64,000 nucleotides of DNA from a bacterium (lineage in GTDB: Bacteria > UBA8248): assembly GCA_965203325.1 (NCBI GenBank), contig OZ241875.1:1344001-1408000 (forward strand), in the 5' to 3' direction. The position numbers and the translations under genes are program-made. Positions within the stretch are counted from its first letter, which is position 1. Each line of letters starts with the position of its first letter. The notes beneath the pieces were generated by a model. The model searched no databases, had not been told where the DNA came from, and saw only the letters and a program-made list of their open reading frames with translations. Positions 60,464-64,000 of this stretch are shown here, piece after piece.

Positions 60464-62005
60464 TCAGGGACTGATTTTCAGGAAGTTCGGATCGCTCTCA
60501 TCCCCATAGGTTTCGAGCGGCTCGTCCGGCTCTTTCGCATCTTCCGCGCGCGAGATTCCCTCTGCTGCAGGCGTACGCCCGCTCTCTTCCCGCTCGCTCG
60601 CCTCGCCCGCTTCGAGTTCCTCCGGGGGGTTCTCCGCAGAGAAGAGTTTCGCACCGTCTTCTTCCGTCTCGCGCGCCTCAAGCGCGCGCGGGGTTCTCTC
60701 CAGGGGCGATATCTGTTCGAGATCGCCTTCGCTTTCCGATACGCCCGAGACGGCGCCCAGGTCCTTGAACTTTCTCGCCGACACCAGCACGCGCGACTCA
60801 TACGAGCCCACCGCCTTGTTGTACGCCTCGACCGCCCTGTCCAGCCCCCGGCCCATGGCGTCGAAGTGCTTCGCCAGCGTCCTGAGGCGCCCATAGAGCG
60901 TCTGGCCGAGTTCACTCACGGACTGGGCGCTCTCGGCCACCTTCTCCTGCCGCCAGCCGTAGGCCACCGCGCGCAAGAGGGCGATGAGCGTCGTGGGCGT
61001 CGCCAGTATCACCTGGCGGCTCACGCCCTCCTCTATCAGGCCGGGGTCCTGTTCGAGCGCCGCGCTGAAGAAACTCTCGCCGGGCAGGAACATCGCCACG
61101 AACTCGGGCGTGGACTCGCACTGGTCCCAATACGCCTTCGAACTCAGGCGGTTCATGTGGTCGCGAATCTGGCGCGCGTGCTCTCCCAAAAAGGTCCGGC
61201 GCGCCTCCTCATCCTCCGCCTCGAGCGAGTTGAGGTAGGCTTCGAGCGGCGCCTTGGCGTCGACCACCACGTTCTTCCCGCCGGGCAGCTTCACGATGAG
61301 GTCGGGGCGCAGGCGCGCCTCCTCGCCCTCGAGCGTCTGCTGCTCCACGAAGTCGCAATGCGCCACCATGCCGGCCATCTCCACCACGCGCCTGAGCTGC
61401 ATCTCCCCCCAGCGGCCGCGCACGTTGGGCGCGCGCAGGGCCTTCACGAGATTCCCCGTCTCCGATTGAAGCTCCTTCTGGCTGCTCGCGAGGGATTTGA
61501 CCTGCTCGGTGAGCGAGCCGTAAGCCTCCCGCCTGGCCCGTTCGAGGTCCTCGACCTGCGTGCCCACCTTGTCGAGCGACTCCCGGATGGGAGCGACGAG
61601 GGTCTCCACCGCCTTCTGGCGCGCTTCGAGGTCGCCTTTGGCCTCGCTCTGGAATTTCTCGAGGGTCGACTTGGCCAGGTCGAGGAACGAGGCGTTGTTG
61701 CTCTTGAGCGCGTCTGCGCTCAGCGCGCCGAAGCTCTCGCGCATCTCTTCGGTCGCGCGGCGAAGCAGGTCGATCTTCTCCTGCGCCGATTTCCGCTCGT
61801 GCGCCAGGTCGGATTCCAGGCGCGCCACGTCCGACCGCAAACCCGCGTTCTCCTTCTGCTCCGCTGCATGGGCCGCCTGCGCGTCCGCCTTTTCCATCTC
61901 GGCGCTGCGCAGCATCGTGGACAGGGCGGATATCCGCGTCCTCACGGCGATCCAGAAGCACAAGGCGAGAGCGGCGGCTCCCAAGGCGACGTGCCAGAGT
62001 TCCAT
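60464..62005 (-). CDS. rmuC: DNA recombination protein RmuC
   Basis: N-terminal TM, coiled coil, [36 protein letters not shown]. Confidence 0.93.
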   Translation of the reverse strand: MELWHVALGAAALALCFWIAVRTRISALSTMLRSAEMEKADAQAAHAAEQKENAGLRSDVARLESDLAHERKSAQEKIDLLRRATEEMRESFGALSADALKSNNASFLDLAKSTLEKFQSEAKGDLEARQKAVETLVAPIRESLDKVGTQVEDLERARREAYGSLTEQVKSLASSQKELQSETGNLVKALRAPNVRGRWGEMQLRRVVEMAGMVAHCDFVEQQTLEGEEARLRPDLIVKLPGGKNVVVDAKAPLEAYLNSLEAEDEEARRTFLGEHARQIRDHMNRLSSKAYWDQCESTPEFVAMFLPGESFFSAALEQDPGLIEEGVSRQVILATPTTLIALLRAVAYGWRQEKVAESAQSVSELGQTLYGRLRTLAKHFDAMGRGLDRAVEAYNKAVGSYESRVLVSARKFKDLGAVSGVSESEGDLEQISPLERTPRALEARETEEDGAKLFSAENPPEELEAGEASEREESGRTPAAEGISRAEDAKEPDEPLETYGDESDPNFLKISP

Positions 62006-62122
62006 GCGGGGATTCTCCCGGGGCGATGATCTCTCGTGGCGGGCGATGGATATTGCAGGAACTATTGTATCAGGGTTCGCGCGAAAATGCGCGACGGGGG
62101 GAAGCGCAGCGCATCCGGGACG

Positions 62123-62534
62123 CGAGGGGTTGTTGAGAAAGGCCTCGTTGCTCGGAATTGACCACCGCCGTCATTCCGGCGAAAGCCGGAATCCATTTTT
62201 ACGCCTTTTGCCTTTCGTCCAGGCACCCGCGCATCGGCGGGGAATAAAACGCCGCCGTGTGTTCACCCGCACCCGCAAATGGATTCCGGCTTTCGCCGGA
62301 ATGACGAGCAAAACCCCACGCCGAGAAATCGCTCCCTCCCTCGACTCGAAAACCAACCCCCCCCTACCCCCCCTTGTCAGGGGTCAAACGCGAGTGATGA
62401 ACGAGCGTTTGCATGAGCCATTGACAAGAAACACATCGTCTTGCAAAACCTCCCTCTTCGGTCGGTTTTGACCCCTGTTAAGGGGGGGTAGGGGGGGTTA
62501 TCCCTTTGAGAAAGGCTTTTTCAACAACCCCTCG
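62123..62534. mobile_element. MITE-like non-autonomous element with terminal inverted repeats and two internal REP pairs
   Basis: Ends CGAGGGGTTGTTGA / TCAACAACCCCTCG (14 bp exact); internal GTCATTCCGGCGAAAGCCGGAATCCA pair (62169-62306) and CCCCCTACCCCCCCTT pair (62355-62499). Confidence 0.6.
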
Positions 62535-62568
62535 GCGGAGCGCGGCCCTTCTCCCCGCCCCCGGGAAA

Positions 62569-62844
62569 TCATTCTTCTTCGAGGCGGACGGCGGTGTCGA
62601 TCAGGATGCGGTAGATCTGCCTGAGGACATCGGGCGGGCACGGACCCTCGTTGCCGTCCAGCACCCTGGCGATCACCTCGCCCTCGCGCGATTCGTCCTT
62701 GACGGCGATGCCGCGCACGCTCTTGTATTCACCGACTTCGAGGCAGATTTTGAGCCGATCGTTGACGAGGCGGACGATCTGCGCATCGCACGCGTCGATT
62801 CGCTCCCTGAAACCGGACAACCCGTCCGCCATGCCGCACTCCAT
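62569..62844 (-). CDS. stand-alone chorismate mutase (AroQ type II)
   Basis: RERIDACDAQIVRLVNDR...VGEYK...DESRE...IYRILI. Confidence 0.85.
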   Translation of the reverse strand: MECGMADGLSGFRERIDACDAQIVRLVNDRLKICLEVGEYKSVRGIAVKDESREGEVIARVLDGNEGPCPPDVLRQIYRILIDTAVRLEEE

Positions 62845-63082
62845 TTTAAGGACGTAACCGAAACGGAAACGTCATTATACCACGATTCGCGGCGGTTTCA
62901 TTCCCGCAGGCCCGAATCCCGCGAAACGCCGCAGGAGAGCGTTTCCCGATGCGCAAAGCGTTTATGAGCGGCGCGTTTTTGATTGCCGCAGGCGCCGTGA
63001 ATTTGGTATGTTGCCCCCATGCGACGCGCGAGTCTTTTCGCTACATCGACGTAAATTCTCTCCCGAAAAAGGAGTCCTTCAC

Positions 63083-64000
63083 ATGCCGCATCGTTTTCGT
63101 CTGCTCCTCGTCATCGTTTTCGTTCTCACCTTGGGATTCGCCGGGAGCGCCCCGGCGCAGAGTTTCTCCGACTTCGTCGTGTTCGGCGACAGCCTGAGCG
63201 ACTCGGGCAACGCGGCCCAGGCGTACGGGCTGCCCGCCGGCAACAGCTTCACCACGAACCCCGACCCCGTCTGGGCCGAGATCGTCGCAGAGGCCTTCGG
63301 CGCGTCGGGGCGCAACTCGCTCGCCGGCGGGCCGAACTACGCCTTCGCCGGAGCGTGCATGAACCCGGCGACGCCCTGCGAAGTCGACGACGCGCCGACG
63401 GTGACGGAGCAGATCGGCCTGCATCTCGCCGCCAGTGGCGGAAGCCTCGACCCGGGCGCGCTCTATACCATCTGGGGCGGTTTGAACGACATCGCCGATT
63501 CCGCGCTGGCCAATCCAGCCACTGCGCTGGGCCACGTCCTCGCGGCAGCGGACGTGAACGCCGCGCAGATACGCCGCCTCCGCGAAGCCGGCGCCCGCCG
63601 CGTCGTGGTGTTCAACATGCCCGACGCCTCCCTGGCTCCTTTCGCCGTCGTCCAGGGTCCCGCCGCCCAAGCGGGGCTCTCCGCGCTCGTCGGCCAATAC
63701 AACCAGAAGCTCCACGCCGGCATCAGCGAGCGCGAAGACGGCGTCGTCCCCATCAACGCCTACGCCTTGCTGGGCGAAATCGCCGCCGCCCCCGGGCGGT
63801 ACGGCTTCACCAACCTTACCGGCACGGCCTGTCGAGCGCCGGTCGCGGCGGGCGCGGTATCCATCCAGTGCGGGCCCGAGGGTTCTCCCTTACCCGTAAC
63901 CTATGCGCCAGAAACCAAAGATACATACCTGTTCGCGGACCGCAGCCACCCGAGCGGCGCCGTCCACGCGATGCTCGCGAGCCTCGTAACCGCCACGCTC
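63083..64000 (+). CDS. exported GDSL/SGNH esterase (possibly autotransporter passenger), 3'-truncated
   Basis: Not in the ORF track. ATG 63083 after AAGGAG: signal peptide, VVFGDSLSDSGN, NYAFAGA, WGGLND, LFADRSHPS; open to window end. Confidence 0.88.
   Translation, partial: MPHRFRLLLVIVFVLTLGFAGSAPAQSFSDFVVFGDSLSDSGNAAQAYGLPAGNSFTTNPDPVWAEIVAEAFGASGRNSLAGGPNYAFAGACMNPATPCEVDDAPTVTEQIGLHLAASGGSLDPGALYTIWGGLNDIADSALANPATALGHVLAAADVNAAQIRRLREAGARRVVVFNMPDASLAPFAVVQGPAAQAGLSALVGQYNQKLHAGISEREDGVVPINAYALLGEIAAAPGRYGFTNLTGTACRAPVAAGAVSIQCGPEGSPLPVTYAPETKDTYLFADRSHPSGAVHAMLASLVTATL

Overview
GC-rich bacterial chromosomal window with about 50 CDS, one tRNA-Ala(GGC) and a TPP riboswitch. I saw no CRISPR array, rRNA, integrase or transposase. 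Housekeeping blocks are prmA-rsmE-purD, glgA-glgC, dtd-TIGR02757-nadK-recN, acs, thiS-thiG-thiE, rmuC and a stand-alone chorismate mutase. They are interspersed with catabolic and transport genes: Zn-ADHs, LLM monooxygenases, UbiD, cyclases, a TRAP-TAXI system and a sugar ABC transporter. The most unusual locus is a ~9.7 kb minus-strand accessory type II fatty-acid/polyketide-like cluster (14895-24609). It holds a FabL-like reductase, an oversized ACP, two catalytically intact ketosynthases, two ketosynthase-like proteins lacking the catalytic Cys, two FabZ-like dehydratases, FabG, its own AcpS and a terminal LpxL-family acyltransferase, suggesting a dedicated special-acyl-chain lipid pathway. 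Other oddities are a restriction-endonuclease-like gene broken by one in-frame TGA, several families of intergenic REP/MITE-like palindromes that appear nested, and two short tandem-repeat proteins. All functional calls come from motif recognition by eye; no database searches were run.
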